Part shown: positions 63,336-64,000 of the stretch, in pieces
Position numbering within the stretch: position 1 is the stretch's first letter
How the letters are laid out: every line of letters begins with the position of its first letter
Assembly (NCBI GenBank): GCA_015060485.1
Contig: SUYI01000007.1
Location: 39,239-103,238, forward strand
Length of the DNA: 64,000 nucleotides
Source: Prevotella sp.
GTDB taxonomy: Bacteria > Bacteroidota > Bacteroidia > Bacteroidales > Bacteroidaceae
Direction of reading: 5' to 3'
Position numbers and translations under genes: made by a program
Notes under the pieces: model-generated
Databases searched by the model: none
What the model saw: only the letters and a program-made list of their open reading frames with translations
Told to the model about the DNA's origin: nothing

Positions 63336-63907
63336 GAAAACTCGTTTCTTATCCACTGACTGATTTTCAGTGCCTTAAAACATTCTCCTCTGGTGTTGAG
63401 TCTATGGACAAATTCATCAGGGGTGATTTTCGGTTGAGTGTTGAGAATCACTATTGTCAGGCGTATGCTGTAAAATTCGAGGAAGAGATTGTGGCTATCT
63501 TTGCACTAAGTTTCGACTCTCTCGATTTGGACTCTGACGATAAGGAAGAACTTCAGTCGGGCTTTTCATCAACAGTATCACCAGATGTTGATTATGATTA
63601 TCAGGAAACATTTTACGCAAAGCCTCGATACCCAGCAATGGATATTGCCTACCTTGCTATACAAGAGAAATGGAGAGGCAAGCATATCGGCGATTTCCTG
63701 ATCAAGCAGATTGCAGATTTGGCAAGAAGGCAGACGTTGGCAGGTTGTCAGTTCCTTACCGTTGAAGCACTCGCAACAAAAGAGTATAGCGCAGTAGGAT
63801 TTTACGAACGATGTGGTTTTGCCCCCAATGAGGTCAAGAAACCCTATAAAGACACGCTTCGGATGTATATGACGCTATACTCCAAAGACGAAGAGTATGA
63901 TGAATGA
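63314..63907 (+). CDS. GNAT family N-acetyltransferase, TacT/AtaT toxin-like
   Basis: The track start at 63302 is TTG; the ATG is at 63314. FSSGVESMDKFIRGD matches the FxCG..LN.FL toxin motif. RYPAMDIAYLAIQEKWRGKHIG matches the acetyl-CoA R/Q-x-x-G-x-G/A region. GFYERCGF is also present. Confidence 0.7.
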   Translation: MEGSAFLGKLVSYPLTDFQCLKTFSSGVESMDKFIRGDFRLSVENHYCQAYAVKFEEEIVAIFALSFDSLDLDSDDKEELQSGFSSTVSPDVDYDYQETFYAKPRYPAMDIAYLAIQEKWRGKHIGDFLIKQIADLARRQTLAGCQFLTVEALATKEYSAVGFYERCGFAPNEVKKPYKDTLRMYMTLYSKDEEYDE

Positions 63908-64000
63908 ACAGAGGTATACGGGGAGAAATATGGCGGCCTGATCACCCGTTAATTGTCCGCAAGGACAGAAAGTATGAAACCTCTATAAAAACCCCGTCCC

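Larger units (their letters stand above)
61568..64000 (+). mobile_element. left end of a putative integrative element (continues beyond the window)
   Basis: tRNA-fragment att candidate, a visibly AT-richer sequence, a tyrosine recombinase gene and a toxin-antitoxin-like module. Confidence 0.45.

Overview
This looks like a chromosomal segment of a Bacteroidota genome, most consistent with Prevotellaceae (Prevotella/Segatella-like). Evidence: TAnnTTTG -7 promoter boxes precede most genes, Shine-Dalgarno sequences are almost absent, and typical Bacteroidales synteny blocks are present (rpmB-rpmG-DUF4295-ftsY-rimO-HU, rpsF-rpsR-rplI, DUF4835-recN). I support about 68 protein-coding calls, mostly housekeeping: prfC, thrS, htpG, dnaB, recN, def, ruvX, map, tsaC, tsaD, mtaB, rimO, queF, ribosomal proteins. 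Pectin/hexuronate genes are scattered (PL1 pectate lyase, a GH28-GH105 fusion, DUF4861, uxaC). I found no rRNA, no complete tRNA and no CRISPR array. A preQ1-I riboswitch sits in front of the yhhQ-queF pair. Non-core material falls in four places. (1) An accessory islet at about 22.6-28.1 kb holds decayed regulator fragments, 21-22 bp phased direct-repeat arrays, an orphan AAA/DUF4143 ATPase, unknown secreted proteins and a frameshifted membrane AraC regulator. (2) A HigB/HigA pair lies next to a 450-bp structured intergenic region. (3) From about 61.5 kb to the window end lies the left edge of a probable integrative element: a tRNA 3'-end fragment, a tyrosine integrase, and a GNAT toxin-like gene with a non-canonical small partner. 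(4) Short 'word-like' tandem and inverted repeats sit exactly at gene boundaries across the window, and twice in frame inside essential genes. All functional calls come from my own motif recognition on the supplied translations. No database search was run.
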